A stretch of 64,000 nucleotides of DNA from Nemertoderma westbladi (GCA_032718475.1 JAUCBJ010001979.1:59339-123338), one strand, 5' to 3'; counted from the stretch's first letter, positions 16,501 through 33,180 are shown. The notes: generated by a model from the letters alone, not told the origin. Numbers and translations: made by a program.

Positions 16501-19500
16501 AGCTCTACTACAGACCATGAATAAGCCAAGGACAGCTCTACTACAGACCATGAATAACCCAAGGAAAGCTCTACTACAGACCATGAATAACCCAAGGAAA
16601 GCTCTACTACAGACTATGAATAAGCCAACGACAGCTCTACTACAGACCATGAATAAGCCAAGGACAGCTCTACTACAGACCATGAATAACCCAAGGAAAG
16701 CTCTACTACAGACCATGAATAAGCCAAGGAAAGCTGACAGCTCTACTACAGACCATGAATAAGCCAAGGAAAGATCTACTACAGACCATGAATAAGCCAA
16801 GGACAGCCCTACTACAGACCATGAATAACCCAAGGACAGCTCTACTACAGACCATGAATAAGCCAAGGAAAGCTGACAGCTCTACTACAGACTATGAATA
16901 AGCAAAGGACAGCTCTACTACAGACCATGAATAAGCCAAGGACAGCTCTACTACAGACCATGAATAACCCAAGGACAGCTCTACTACAGACCATGAAAAA
17001 GCCAAGGAAAGCTGACAGCTCTACTACAGACCATGAATAAGCCAAGGAAAGCTGACAGCTCTACTACAGACTATGAATAAGCCAAGGACAGCTCTACTAC
17101 AGACCATGAATAAGCCAAGGACAGCTCTACTACAGACCATGAATAAGCCAAGGACAGCTCTACTACAGACCATGAATAAGCCAAGGACAGCTCTACTACA
17201 GACCATGAATAAGCCTAGGACAGCTCTACTACAGACCATGAATAAGCCAAGCAAAGCTCTACTACAGACCATGAATAAGCCAAGGAAAGCTCTACTACAG
17301 ACCATGAATAAGCCTAGGATAGCTCTACTACGTACCATGAATAAGCCAAGGACAACTCTACTACAGACCATGAATAAGCCTAGGACAGCTCTACTACAGA
17401 CCATGAATAAGCCAAGGACAGCTGACAGCATTACTACAGACTATGAATAAGCCAACGACAGCTCTACTACAGACCATGAATAAGCCAAGGACAGCTCTAC
17501 TACAGACCATGAATAACCCAAGGAAAGCTCTACTACAGACCATGAATAACCCAAGGAAAGCTCTACTACAGACTATGAATAAGCCAACGACAGCTCTACT
17601 ACAGACCATGAATAAGCCAAGGACAGCTCTACTACAGACCATGAATAAGCCAAGGACAGCTCTACTACAGACCATGAATAACCCAAGGACAGCTCTACTA
17701 CAGACCATGAATAAGCCAAGGACAGCTCTACTACAGACCATGAATAACCCAAGGAAAGCTCTACTACAGACTATGAATAAGCCAACGACAGCTCTACTAC
17801 AGACCATGAATAAGCCAAGGACAGCTCTACTACAGACCATGAATAAGCCAAGGACAGCTCTACTACAGACCATGAATAAGCCAAGGACAGCTCTACTACA
17901 GACCATGAATAAGCCAACGACAGCTCTACTACAGACCATGAATAAGCCAAGGACAGCTCTACTACAGACAATGAATAAGCCAAGGAAACATCTACTACAG
18001 ACCATGAATAAGCCAAGGACAGCCCTACTACAGACCATGAATAACCCAAGGACAGCTCTACTACAGACCATGAATAAGCCAAGGAAAGCTGACAGCTCTA
18101 CTACATACTATGAATAAGCCAAGGACAGCTCTACTACAGACCATGAATAACCCAAGGACAGCTCTACTACAGACCATGAATAAGCCAAGGAAAGCTGACA
18201 GCTCTACTACAGACCATGAATAAGCCAAGGAAAGCTGACAGCTCTACTACAGACTATGAATAAGCCAAGGACAGCTCTACTACAGACCATGAATAAGCCA
18301 AGGACAGCTCTACTACAGACCATGAATAAGCCAAGGACAGCTCTACTACAGACCATGAATAACCCAAGGACAGCTCTACTACAGACCATGAATAAGCCAA
18401 GGACAGCTCTACTAGAGACCATGAATAACCCAAGGACAGCTCTACTACAGACCATGAATAAGCCAAGGAAAGCTGACAGCTCTACTACATACTATGAATA
18501 AGCCAAGGACAGCTCTACTACAGACCATGAATAACCCAAGGACAGCTCTACTACAGACCATGAATAAGCCAAGGAAAGCTGACAGCTCTACTACAGACCA
18601 TGAATAACCCAAGGAAAGCTCTACTACAGACCATGAATAACCCAAGGAAAGCTCTACTACAGACTATGAATAAGCCAACGACAGCTCTACTACAGACCAT
18701 GAATAAGCCAAGGACAGCTCTACTACAGACCATGAATAAGCCAAGGACAGCTCTACTACAGACCATGAATAAGCCAATGAAAGCTGACAGCTCTACTACA
18801 GACTATGAATAAGCCAACGACAGCTCTACTACAGACCATGAATAAGCCAAGGACAGCTCTACTACAGACCATGAATAAGCCAAGGACAGCTCTACTACAG
18901 ACCATGAATAAGCCAAGGACAGCTCTACTACAGACCATGAATAAGCCAAGGACAGCTCTACTACAGACCATGAATAACCCAAGGACAGCCCTACTACAGA
19001 CCATGAATAACCCAAGGACAGCCCTACTACAGACCATGAATAACCCAAGGACAGCTCTACTACAGACCATGAATAAGCCAAGGACAGCTCTACTACAGAC
19101 CATGAATAAGCCAAGGACAGCTCTACTACAGACCATGAATAAGCCAAGGACAGCTCTACTACAGACCATGAATAAGCCAACGACAGCTCTACTACAGACC
19201 ATGAATAAGCCAAGGACAGCTCTACTACAGACCATGAATAAGCCAAGGACAGCTCTACTACAGACCATGAATAAGCCAAGGACAGCTCTACTACAGACCA
19301 TGAATAAGCCAATGAAAGCTGACAGCTCTACTACAGACTATGAATAAGCCAAGGACAGCTCTACTACAGACCATGAATAACCCAAGGACAGCTCTACTAC
19401 AGACCATGAATAAGCCAAGGACAGCTCTACTACAGACCATGAATAAGCCAAGGAAAGCTCTACTACAGACCATGAATAAGCCAAGGAAAGCTCTACTACA

Positions 19501-22500
19501 GACCATGAATAACCCAAGGACAGCTCTACTACAGACCATGAATAAGCCAAGGACAGCTCTACTAGAGACCATGAATAACCCAAGGACAGCTCTACTACAG
19601 ACCATGAATAAGCCAAGGAAAGCTGACAGCTCTACTACATACTATGAATAAGCCAAGGACAGCTCTACTACAGACCATGAATAACCCAAGGACAGCTCTA
19701 CTACAGACCATGAATAAGCCAAGGAAAGCTGACAGCTCTACTACAGACCATGAATAACCCAAGGAAAGCTCTACTACAGACCATGAATAACCCAAGGAAA
19801 GCTCTACTACAGACTATGAATAAGCCAACGACAGCTCTACTACAGACCATGAATAAGCCAAGGACAGCTCTACTACAGACCATGAATAAGCCAAGGACAG
19901 CTCTACTACAGACCATGAATAAGCCAATGAAAGCTGACAGCTCTACTACAGACTATGAATAAGCCAACGACAGCTCTACTAAAGACCATGAATAAGCCAA
20001 GGACAGCTCTACTACAGACCATGAATAAGCCAAGGACAGCTCTACTACAGACCATGAATAAGCCAAGGACAGCTCTACTACAGACCATGAATAAGCCAAG
20101 GACAGCTCTACTACAGACCATGAATAACCCAAGGACAGTCCTACTACAGACCATGAATAACCCAAGGACAGCCCTACTACAGACCATGAATAACCCAAGG
20201 ACAGCTCTACTACAGACCATGAATAAGCCAAGGACAGCTCTACTACAGACCATGAATAAGCCAAGGACAGCTCTACTACAGACCATGAATAAGCCAAGGA
20301 CAGCTCTACTACAGACCATGAATAAGCCAACGACAGCTCTACTACAGACCATGAATAAGCCAAGGACAGCTCTACTACAGACCATGAATAAGCCAAGGAC
20401 AGCTCTACTACAGACCATGAATAAGCCAAGGACAGCTCTACTACAGACCATGAATAAGCCAATGAAAGCTGACAGCTCTACTACAGACTATGAATAAGCC
20501 AAGGACAGCTCTACTACAGACCATGAATAACCCAAGGACAGCTCTACTACAGACCATGAATAAGCCAAGGACAGCTCTACTACAGACCATGAATAAGCCT
20601 AGGACAGCTCTACTACAGACCATGAATAAGCCAAGGACAGCTTTACTACAGACCATGAATAAGCCAAGGACAGCTTTACTACAGACCATGAATAAGCCAA
20701 GGACAGCTCTACTACAGACCATGAATAAGCCAAGGACAGCTCTACTACAGACCATGAATAAGCCAAGGACAACTCTACTACAGACCATGAATAAGCCAAG
20801 GACAACTCTACTACAGACCATGAATAAGCCAAGGACAGCTCTACTACATACCATGAATAAGCCAAGGACAACTCTACTACAGACCATGAATAAGCCTAGG
20901 ACAGCTCTACTACAGACCATGAATAAGCCAAGCAAAGCTCTACTACAGACCATGAATAAGCCAAGGAAAGCTCTACTACAGACCATGAATAAGCCTAGGA
21001 TAGCTCTACTACGTACCATGAATAAGCCAAGGACAGCTTTACTACAGACCATGAATAAGCCAAGGACAGCTCTACTACAGACCATGAATAAGCCAAGGAA
21101 ATATCTACTACAGACCATGAATAAGCCAAGGACAGCTCTACTAAAGACTATGAATAACCCAAGGACAGCTCTACTACAGACCATGAATAAGCCAAGGACA
21201 GCTCTACTACAGACCATGAATAAGCCAAGGACAGCTCTACTACAGACCATGAATAAGCCAAGGACAGCTCTACTACAGACTATGAATAAGCCAACGACAG
21301 CTCTACTACAGACCATGAATAAGCCAAGGACAGCTCTACTACAGACCATGAATAAGCCAATGAAAGCTGACAGCTCTACTACAGACTATGAATAAGCCAA
21401 CGACAGCTCTACTACAGACCATGAATAAGCCAAGGACAGCTCTACTACAGACCATGAATAAGCCAAGGACAGCTCTACTACAGACCATGAATAAGCCAAG
21501 GACAGCTCTACTACAGACCATGAATAAGCCAAGGACAGCTCTACTACAGACCATGAATAACCCAAGGACAGCCCTACTACAGACCATGAATAACCCAAGG
21601 ACAGCCCTACTACAGACCATGAATAACCCAAGGACAGCTCTACTACAGAACATGAATAAGCCAAGGACAGCTCTACTACAGACCATGAATAAGCCAAGGA
21701 CAGCTCTACTACAGACCATGAATAAGCCAAGGACAGCTCTACTACAGACCATGAATAAGCCAACGACAGCTCTACTACAGACCATGAATAAGCCAAGGAC
21801 AGCTCTACTACAGACCATGAATAAGCCAAGGACAGCTCTACTACAGACCATGAATAAGCCAAGGACAGCTCTACTACAGACCATGAATAAGCCAATGAAA
21901 GCTGACAGCTCTACTACAGACTATGAATAAGCCAAGGACAGCTCTACTACAGACCATGAATAACCCAAGGACAGCTCTACTACAGACCATGAATAAGCCA
22001 AGGACAGCTCTACTACAGACCATGAATAAGCCTAGGACAGCTCTACTACAGACCATGAATAAGCCAAGGACAGCTTTACTACAGACCATGAATAAGCCAA
22101 GGACAGCTTTACTACAGACCATGAATAAGCCAAGGACAGCTCTACTACAGACCATGAATAAGCCAAGGACAGCTCTACTACAGACCATGAATAAGCCAAG
22201 GACAACTCTACTACAGACCATGAATAAGCCAAGGACAACTCTACTACAGACCATGAATAAGCCAAGGACAGCTCTACTACGTACCATGAATAAGCCAAGG
22301 ACAACTCTACTACAGACCATGAATAAGCCTAGGACAGCTCTACTACAGACCATGAATAAGCCAAGCAAAGCTCTACTACAGACCATGAATAAGCCAAGGA
22401 AAGCTCTACTACAGACCATGAATAAGCCTAGGATAGCTCTACTACGTACCATGAATAAGCCAAGGACAGCTTTACTACAGACCATGAATAAGCCAAGGAC

Positions 22501-25500
22501 AGCTCTACTACAGACCATGAATAAGCCAAGGACAGCTCTACTACAGACCATGAATAAGCCAAGGAAATATCTACTACAGACCATGAATAAGCCAAGGACA
22601 GCTCTACTAAAGACTATGAATAACCCAAGGACAGCTCTACTACAGACCATGAATAAGCCAAGGACAGCTCTACTACAGACCATGAATAAGCCAAGGACAG
22701 CTCTACTACAGACCATGAATAAGCCAAGGACAGCTCTACTACAGACCATGAATAAGCCAAGGACAACTCTACTACAGACCATGAATAAGCCAAGGACAGC
22801 TCTACTACAGACTATGAATAAGCCAACGACAGCTCTACTACAGACCATGAATAAGCCAAGGACAGCTCTACTACAGACCATGAATAACCCAAGGACAGCT
22901 CTACTACAGACCATGAATAAGCCAAGGACAGCTCTACTACAGACCATGAATAACCCAAGGACAGCTCTACTACAGACCATGAATAAGCCAAGAACAGCTC
23001 TACTACAGACAATGAATAACCCAAGGACAGCTCTACTACAGACCATGAATAAGCCAAGGACAGCTCTACTACAGACCATGAATAACCCAAGGACAGCTCT
23101 ACTATAGACCATGAATAAGCCAAGGACAGCTCTACTACAGACCATGAATAAGCCAAGGACAGCTCTACTACAGACCATGAATAAGCCTAGGAAAGATCTA
23201 CTTCAGACCATTAATAAGCCTAGTATAGCTCTGCTACAGACCATGAATAAGCCTAGTATAGCTCTACTACAGACCATGAATAAGCGTAGGACAGCTCTAC
23301 TACAGACCATGAATAAGCCAATGAAAGCTGACAGCTCTTCTACAGACTATGAATAAGCCAACGACAGCTCTACTACAGACCATGAATAAGCCAAGAACAG
23401 CTCTACTACAGACCATGAATAAGCCAATGAAAGCTGACAGCTCTACTACAGACTATGAATAAGCCAACGACAGCTCTACTACAGACCATGAATAAGCCAA
23501 TGAAAGCTGACAGCTCTACTACAGACTATGAATAAGCCAACGACAGCTCTACTACAGACCATGAATAAGCCAAGGACAGCTCTAATACAGACCATGAATA
23601 AGCCAATGAAAGCTGACAGCTCTACTACAGACTATGAATAAGCCAACGACAGCTCTACTACAGACCATGAATAAGCCAAGGACAGCTCTACTACAGACTA
23701 TGAATAAGCCAACGACAGCTCTACTACAGACCATGAATAAGCCAAGGACAGCTCTACTACAGACCATGAATAAGCCAAGGACAGCTCTACTACAGACCAT
23801 GAATAAGCCAAGGACAGCTCTACTACAGACCATGAATAAGCCTAGGACAGCTCTACTACAGACCATGAATAAGCCAATGAAAGCTGACAGCTCTACTACA
23901 GACTATGAATAACCCAAGGACAGCTCTACTACAGACAATGAATAAGCCAAGGACAGCTCTACTACAGACCATGAATAAGCCAAGGACAGCTCTACTACAG
24001 ACCATGAATAAGCCAAGGACAGCTCTACTACAGACCATGAATAAGCCAATGAAAGCTGACAGCTCTACTACAGACTATGAATAACCCAAGGACAGCTCTA
24101 CTACAGACAATGAATAAGCCAAGGACAGCTCTACTACAGACCATGAATAACCCAAGGACAGCTCTACTACAGACAATGAATAAGCCAAGGACAGCTCTAC
24201 TACAGACCATGAATAAGCCAAGGACAGCTCTACTACAGACCATGAATAAGCCTAGGACAGCTCTACTACAGACCATGAATAAGCCTAGGACAGCTCTACT
24301 ACAGACCATGAATAAGCCAAGGACAGCTCTACTACAGACAATGAATAAGCCAAGGACAGCTCTACTACAGACCATGAATAAGCCAAGGAAAGCTGACAGC
24401 TCTACTACAGACTATGAATAAGCCAACGACAGCTCTACTACAGACCATGAATAACCCAAGGACAGCTCTACTACAGACCATGAATAAGCCAAGGAAAGCT
24501 GACAGCTCTACTACAGACTATGAATAAGCCAACGACAGCTCTACTACAGACCATGAATAACCCAAGGACAGCTCTACTACAGACAATGAATAAGCCAAGG
24601 ACAGCTCTACTACAGACCATGAATAAGCCAAGGAAAGCTGACAGCTCTACTACAGACTATGAATAAGCCAATGACAGCTCTACTACAGACCATGAATAAC
24701 CCAAGGACAGCTCTACTACAGACAATGAATAAGCCAAGGACAGCTCTACTACAGACCATGAATAAGCCAAGGACAGCTCTACTACAGACCATGAATAAGC
24801 CTAGGACAGCTCTACTACAGACAATGAATAAGCCAAGGACAGCTCTACTACAGACCATGAATAAGCCAAGGAAAGCTGACAGCTCTACTACAGACTATGA
24901 ATAAGCCAACGACAGCTCTACTACAGACTATGAATAAGCCAACGACAGCTCTACTACAGACTATGAATAAGCCAACGACAGCTCTACTACAGACCATGAA
25001 TAAGCCAAGGAAAGCTGACAGCTCTACTACAGACTATGAATAAGCCAACGACAGCTCTACTACAGACCATGAATAAGCCAAGGACAGCTCTACTACAGAC
25101 CATGAATAAGCCAATGAAAGCTGACAGCTCTACTACAGACTATGAATAAGCCAACGACAGCTCTACTACAGACCATGAATAAGCCAAGGACAGCTCTACT
25201 ACAGACTATGAATAAGCCAACGACAGCTCTACTACAGACCATGAATAACCCAACGACAGCTCTACTACAGACTATGAATAAGCCAACGACAGCTCTACTA
25301 CAGACCATGAATAACCCAACGACAGCTCTACTACAGACTATGAATAAGCCAACGACAGCTCTACTACAGACCATGAATAAGCCAAGGACAGCTCTACTAC
25401 ATTCCATGAATAAGCCAATGAAAGCTGACAGCTCTACTACAGACTATGAATAAGCCAACGACAGCTCTACTACAGACCATGAATAAGCCAAGGACAGCTC

Positions 25501-28500
25501 TACTACAGACCATGAATAACCCAACGACAGCTCTACTACAGACTATGAATAAGCCAAGGACAGCTCTACTACAGACAATGAATAAGCCAAGGACAGCTCT
25601 ACTACAGACCATGAATAAGCCAAGGAAAGCTGACAGCTCTACTACAGACTATGAATAAGCCAACGACAGCTCTACTACAGACCATGAATAACCCAAGGAC
25701 AGCTCTACTACAGACCATGAATAAGCCAAGGAAAGCTGACAGCTCTACTACAGACTATGAATAAGCCAACGACAGCTCTACTACAGACCATGAATAACCC
25801 AAGGACAGCTCTACTACAGACAATGAATAAGCCAAGGACAGCTCTACTACAGACCATGAATAAGCCAAGGAAAGCTGACAGCTCTACTACAGACTATGAA
25901 TAAGCCAATGACAGCTCTACTACAGACCATGAATAACCCAAGGACAGCTCTACTACAGACAATGAATAAGCCAAGGACAGCTCTACTACAGACCATGAAT
26001 AAGCCAAGGACAGCTCTACTACAGACCATGAATAAGCCTAGGACAGCTCTACTACAGACAATGAATAAGCCAAGGACAGCTCTACTACAGACCATGAATA
26101 ACCCAACGACAGCTCTACTACAGACTATGAATAAGCCAACGACAGCTCTACTACAGACCATGAATAAGCCAAGGACAGCTCTACTACAGACCATGAATAA
26201 GCCAATGAAAGCTGACAGCTCTACTACAGACTATGAATAAGCCAACGACAGCTCTACTACAGACCATGAATAAGCCAAGGACAGCTCTACTACAGACCAT
26301 GAATAAGCCAAGGACAGCTCTACTACAGACTATGAATAATCCAACGACAGCTCTACTACAGACCATGAATAACCCAACGACAGCTCTACTACAGACTATG
26401 AATAAGCCAACGACAGCTCTACTACAGACCATGAATAAGCCAAGGACAGCTCTACTACAGACCATGAATAAGCCAATGAAAGCTGACAGCTCTACTACAG
26501 ACTATGAATAAGCCAACGACAGCTCTACTACAGACCATGAATAAGCCAAGGACAGCTCTACTACAGACCATGAATAAGCCAAGGACAGCTCTACTACAGA
26601 CCATGAATAACCCAAGGACAACTCTACTACAGACCATGAATAAGCCTAGGACAGCTCTACTACAGACCATGAATAAGCCAAGGAAAGATCTACTACAGAC
26701 CATGAATAACCCAAGGACAGCTCTACTACAGACCATGAATAAGCCAAGGACAGCTCTACTACAGACAATGAATAAGCCAATGAAAGATCTACTACAGACC
26801 ATGAATAAGCCAAGGACAGCTCTACTAAAGACTATGAATAACCCAAGGACAGCTCTACTACAGACCATGAATAAGCCAAGGAAAGATCTACTACAGACCA
26901 TGAATAACCCAAGGACAGCTCTACTACAGACAATGAATAAGCCAAGGACAGCTCTACTACAGACCATGAATAACCCAAGGACAACTCTACTACAGACCAT
27001 GAATAAGCCTAGGACAGCTCTACTACAGACCATGAATAAGCCAAGGAAAGATCTACTACAGACCATGAATAACCCAAGGACAGCTCTACTACAGACCATG
27101 AATAAGCCAAGGACAGCTCTACTACAGACCATGAATAAGCCAAGGAAAGATCTACTACAGACCATGAATAACCCAAGGACAGCTCTACTACAGACCATGA
27201 ATAAGCCAAGGAAAGATATACTACAGACCATGAATAACCCAAGGACAGCTCTACTACAGACCATGAATAAGCCAAGGAAAGATCTACTACAGACCATGAA
27301 TAACCCAAGGACAGCTCTACTACAGACCATGAATAAGCCAAGGAAAGATCTACTACAGACCATGAATAACCCAAGGACAGCTCTACTACAGACCATGAAT
27401 AAGCCAAGGAAAGCTCTACTACAGACTATGAATACGCCAAGGACAGCTCTACTACAGACCATGAATAAGCCAAGGAAAGATCTACTACAGACCATGAATA
27501 ACCCAAGGACAGCTCTACTACAGACTATGAATAAGCCAAGGACAGCTGACAGATCTACTACAGACCATGAATAAGCGAAGGACAGCTCTACTACAGACCA
27601 TGAATAAGCCAAGGAAAGATCTACTACAGACCATGAATAACCCAAGGACAGCTCTACTACAGACCATGAATAAGCCAAGGAAAGATCTACTACAGACCAT
27701 GAATAACCCAAGGACAGCTCTACTACAGACCATGAATAACCCAAGGACAGCTCTACTACAGACCATGAATAAGCCAAGGAAAGATCTACTACAGACCATG
27801 AATAACCCAAGGACAGCTCTACTACAGACCATGAATAAGCCAAGGAAAGATCTACTACAGACCATGAATAACCCAAGGACAGCTCTACTACAGACCATGA
27901 ATAAGCCAAGGACAGCTCTACTACAGACCATGAATAATCCAAGGAAAGATCTACTACAGACCATGAATAACCCAAGGACAGCTCTACTACAGACCATGAA
28001 TAAGCCAAGGAAAGATCTACTACAGACCATGAATAACCCAAGGACAGCTCTACTACAGACCATGAATAAGCCAAGGAAAGATCTACTACAGACCATGAAT
28101 AACCCAAGGACAGCTCTACTACAGACCATGAATAAGCCAAGGAAAGATCTACTACAGACCATGAATAACCCAAGGACAGCTCTACTACAGACCATGAATA
28201 AGCCAAGGACAGCTCTACTACAGACCATGAATAATCCAAGGAAAGATCTACTACAGACCATGAATAACCCAAGGCAGCTCTACTACAGACTATGAATAAG
28301 CCAAGGACAGCTCTACTACAGACAATGAATAAGCCAAGGACAGCTCTACTACATACTATGAATAAGCCAAGGAAAGCTGACAGCTCTACTACAGACTATG
28401 AATAAGCCAACGACAGCTCTACTACAGACCATGAATAAGCCAAGAACAGCTCTACTACAGACCATGAATAATCCAAGGACAGCTCTACTACAGACCATGA

Positions 28501-29102
28501 ATTACCCAAGGACAACTCTACTACAGACCATGAATAAGCCTAGGACAGCTCTTCTACATACTATGATTAACCCACGGACAGCTCTACTACAGACCATGAA
28601 TAACCCAAGGACAGCTCTACTACATACTATGAATAAGCCAAGGAAAGCTGACAGCTCTACTACAGACTATGAATAAGCCAACGACAGCTCTACTACAGAC
28701 CATGAATAAGCCAAGGACAGCTCTACTACAGACCATGAATAAGCCAATGAAAGCTGACAGCTCTACTACAGACTATGAATAAGCCAACGACAGCTCTACT
28801 ACAGACCATGAATAAGCCAAGGACAGCTCTACTACATACTATGAATAAGCCAAGGACAGCTCTACTACAGACAATGAATAAGCCAAGGACAGCTCTACTA
28901 CAGACCATGAATAACCCAAGGACAACTCTACTACAGACCATGAATAAGCCTAGGACAGCTCTACTACATACTATGAATAAGCCAAGGACAGCTCTACTAC
29001 AGACCATGAATAACCCAAGGACAACTCTACTACAGACCATGAATAAGCCTAGGACAGCTCTACTACATACTATGAATAAGCCAAGGACAGCTCTACTACA
29101 GA

Positions 29103-32100
29103 CTATGAATAAGCCAACGACAGCTCTACTACAGACCATGAATAAGCCAAGGACAGCTCTACTACAGACCAATAAGCCAAGGACAGCTCTTCTACAGACC
29201 ATGAATAAGCCAAGGACAACTCTACTACAGACCATGAATAAGCCAATGAAAGATCTACTGCAGACCATGAATAAGCCAAGGACAGCCCTACTACAGACCA
29301 TGAATAACCCAAGGACAGCTCTACTACAGACCATGAATAAGCCAAGGAAAGCTGACAGCTCTACTACAGACTATGAATAAGCCAACGACAGCTCTACTAC
29401 AGACCATGAATAAGCCAAGGACAGCTCTACTACAGACCATGAATAAGCCAAGGACAGCTGACAGCTCTACTACAGACTATGAATAAGCCAACGACAGCTC
29501 TACTACAGACCATGAATAAGCCAAGGACAGCTCTACTACAGACCATGAATAACCCAAGGAAAGCTCTACTACAGACCATGAATAACCCAAGGAAAGCTCT
29601 ACTACAGACTATGAATAAGCCAACGACAGCTCTACTACAGACCATGAATAAGCCAAGGACAGCTCTACTACAGACCATGAATAACCCAAGGAAAGCTCTA
29701 CTACAGACCATGAATAAGCCAAGGAAAGCTGACAGCTCTACTACAGACCATGAATAAGCCAAGGAAAGATCTACTACAGACCATGAATAAGCCAAGGACA
29801 GCCCTACTACAGACCATGAATAACCCAAGGACAGCTCTACTACAGACCATGAATAAGCCAAGGAAAGCTGACAGCTCTACTACAGACTATGAATAAGCAA
29901 AGGACAGCTCTACTACAAACCATGAATAACCCAAGGACAGCTCTACTACAGACCATAAATAAGCCAAGGAAAGCTGACAGCTCTACTACAGACCATGAAT
30001 AAGCCAAGGAAAGCTGACAGCTCTACTACAGACTATGAATAAGCCAAGGACAGCTCTACTACAGACCATGAATAAGCCAAGGACAGCTCTACTACAGACC
30101 ATGAATAAGCCAAGGACAGCTCTACTACAGACCATGAATAAGCCAAGGACAGCTCTACTACAGACCATGAATAAGCCTAGGACAGCTCTACTACAGACCA
30201 TGAATAAGCCAAGCAAAGCTCTACTACAGACCATGAATAAGCCAAGGAAAGCTCTACTACAGACCATGAATAAGCCTAGGATAGCTCTACTACGTACCAT
30301 GAATAAGCCAAGGACAACTCTACTACAGACCATGAATAAGCCTAGGACAGCTCTACTACAGACCATGAATAAGCCAAGGACAGCTGACAGCATTACTACA
30401 GACTATGAATAAGCCAACGACAGCTCTACTACAGACCATGAATAAGCCAAGGACAGCTCTACTACAGACCATGAATAACCCAAGGAAAGCTCTACTACAG
30501 ACCATGAATAACCCAAGGAAAGCTCTACTACAGACTATGAATAAGCCAACGACAGCTCTACTACAGACCATGAATAAGCCAAGGACAGCTCTACTACAGA
30601 CCATGAATAACCCAAGGAAAGCTCTACTACAGACTATGAATAAGCCAACGACAGCTCTACTACAGACCATGAATAAGCCAAGGACAGCTCTACTACAGAC
30701 CATGAATAAGCCAAGGACAGCTCTACTACAGACCATGAATAAGCCAAGGACAGCTCTACTACAGACCATGAATAAGCCAACGACAGCTCTACTACAGACC
30801 ATGAATAAGCCAAGGACAGCTCTACTACAGACAATGAATAAGCCAAGGAAACATCTACTACAGACCATGAATAAGCCAAGGACAGCCCTACTACAGACCA
30901 TGAATAACCCAAGGACAGCTCTACTACAGACCATGAATAAGCCAAGGACAGCTCTACTAGAGACCATGAATAACCCAAGGACAGCTCTACTACAGACCAT
31001 GAATAAGCCAAGGAAAGCTGACAGCTCTACTACATACTATGAATAAGCCAAGGACAGCTCTACTACAGACCATGAATAACCCAAGGTCAGCTCTACTACA
31101 GACCATGAATAAGCCAAGGAAAGCTGACAGCTCTACTACAGACTATGAATAAGCCAACGACAGCTCTACTACAGACCATGAATAAGCCAAGGACAGCTCT
31201 ACTACAGACCAATAAGCCAAGGACAGCTCTTCTACAGACCATGAATAAGCCAAGGACAACTCTACTACAGACCATGAATAAGCCAATGAAAGATCTACTG
31301 CAGACCATGAATAAGCCAAGGACAGCCCTACTACAGACCATGAATAACCCAAGGACAGCTCTACTACAGACCATGAATAAGCCAAGGAAAGCTGACAGCT
31401 CTACTACAGACTATGAATAAGCCAACGACAGCTCTACTACAGACCATGAATAAGCCAAGGACAGCTCTACTACAGACCATGAATAAGCCAAGGACAGCTG
31501 ACAGCTCTACTACAGACTATGAATAAGCCAACGACAGCTCTACTACAGACCATGAATAAGCCAAGGACAGCTCTACTACAGACCATGAATAACCCAAGGA
31601 AAGCTCTACTACAGACCATGAATAACCCAAGGAAAGCTCTACTACAGACTATGAATAAGCCAACGACAGCTCTACTACAGACCATGAATAAGCCAAGGAC
31701 AGCTCTACTACAGACCATGAATAACCCAAGGAAAGCTCTACTACAGACCATGAATAAGCCAAGGAAAGCTGACAGCTCTACTACAGACCATGAATAAGCC
31801 AAGGAAAGATCTACTACAGACCATGAATAAGCCAAGGACAGCCCTACTACAGACCATGAATAACCCAAGGACAGCTCTACTACAGACCATGAATAAGCCA
31901 AGGAAAGCTGACAGCTCTACTACAGACTATGAATAAGCAAAGGACAGCTCTACTACAAACCATGAATAACCCAAGGACAGCTCTACTACAGACCATAAAT
32001 AAGCCAAGGAAAGCTGACAGCTCTACTACAGACCATGAATAAGCCAAGGAAAGCTGACAGCTCTACTACAGACTATGAATAAGCCAAGGACAGCTCTACT

Positions 32101-33180
32101 ACAGACCATGAATAAGCCAAGGACAGCTCTACTACAGACCATGAATAAGCCAAGGACAGCTCTACTACAGACCATGAATAAGCCAAGGACAGCTCTACTA
32201 CAGACCATGAATAAGCCTAGGACAGCTCTACTACAGACCATGAATAAGCCAAGCAAAGCTCTACTACAGACCATGAATAAGCCAAGGAAAGCTCTACTAC
32301 AGACCATGAATAAGCCTAGGATAGCTCTACTACGTACCATGAATAAGCCAAGGACAACTCTACTACAGACCATGAATAAGCCTAGGACAGCTCTACTACA
32401 GACCATGAATAAGCCAAGGACAGCTGACAGCATTACTACAGACTATGAATAAGCCAACGACAGCTCTACTACAGACCATGAATAAGCCAAGGACAGCTCT
32501 ACTACAGACCATGAATAACCCAAGGAAAGCTCTACTACAGACCATGAATAACCCAAGGAAAGCTCTACTACAGACTATGAATAAGCCAACGACAGCTCTA
32601 CTACAGACCATGAATAAGCCAAGGACAGCTCTACTACAGACCATGAATAACCCAAGGAAAGCTCTACTACAGACTATGAATAAGCCAACGACAGCTCTAC
32701 TACAGACCATGAATAAGCCAAGGACAGCTCTACTACAGACCATGAATAAGCCAAGGACAGCTCTACTACAGACCATGAATAAGCCAAGGACAGCTCTACT
32801 ACAGACCATGAATAAGCCAACGACAGCTCTACTACAGACCATGAATAAGCCAAGGACAGCTCTACTACAGACAATGAATAAGCCAAGGAAACATCTACTA
32901 CAGACCATGAATAAGCCAAGGACAGCCCTACTACAGACCATGAATAACCCAAGGACAGCTCTACTACAGACCATGAATAAGCCAAGGACAGCTCTACTAG
33001 AGACCATGAATAACCCAAGGACAGCTCTACTACAGACCATGAATAAGCCAAGGAAAGCTGACAGCTCTACTACATACTATGAATAAGCCAAGGACAGCTC
33101 TACTACAGACCATGAATAACCCAAGGTCAGCTCTACTACAGACCATGAATAAGCCAAGGAAAGCTGACAGCTCTACTACA
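29103..33180 (+). repeat. 2040-bp near-perfect tandem duplication within the satellite
   Basis: Offset of 2040 between 29103/31143, 29430/31470, 30035/32075 and 30405/32445. Rare variants CAAGGTCAG and ACCATAAAT recur at the same offset. Confidence 0.93.
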
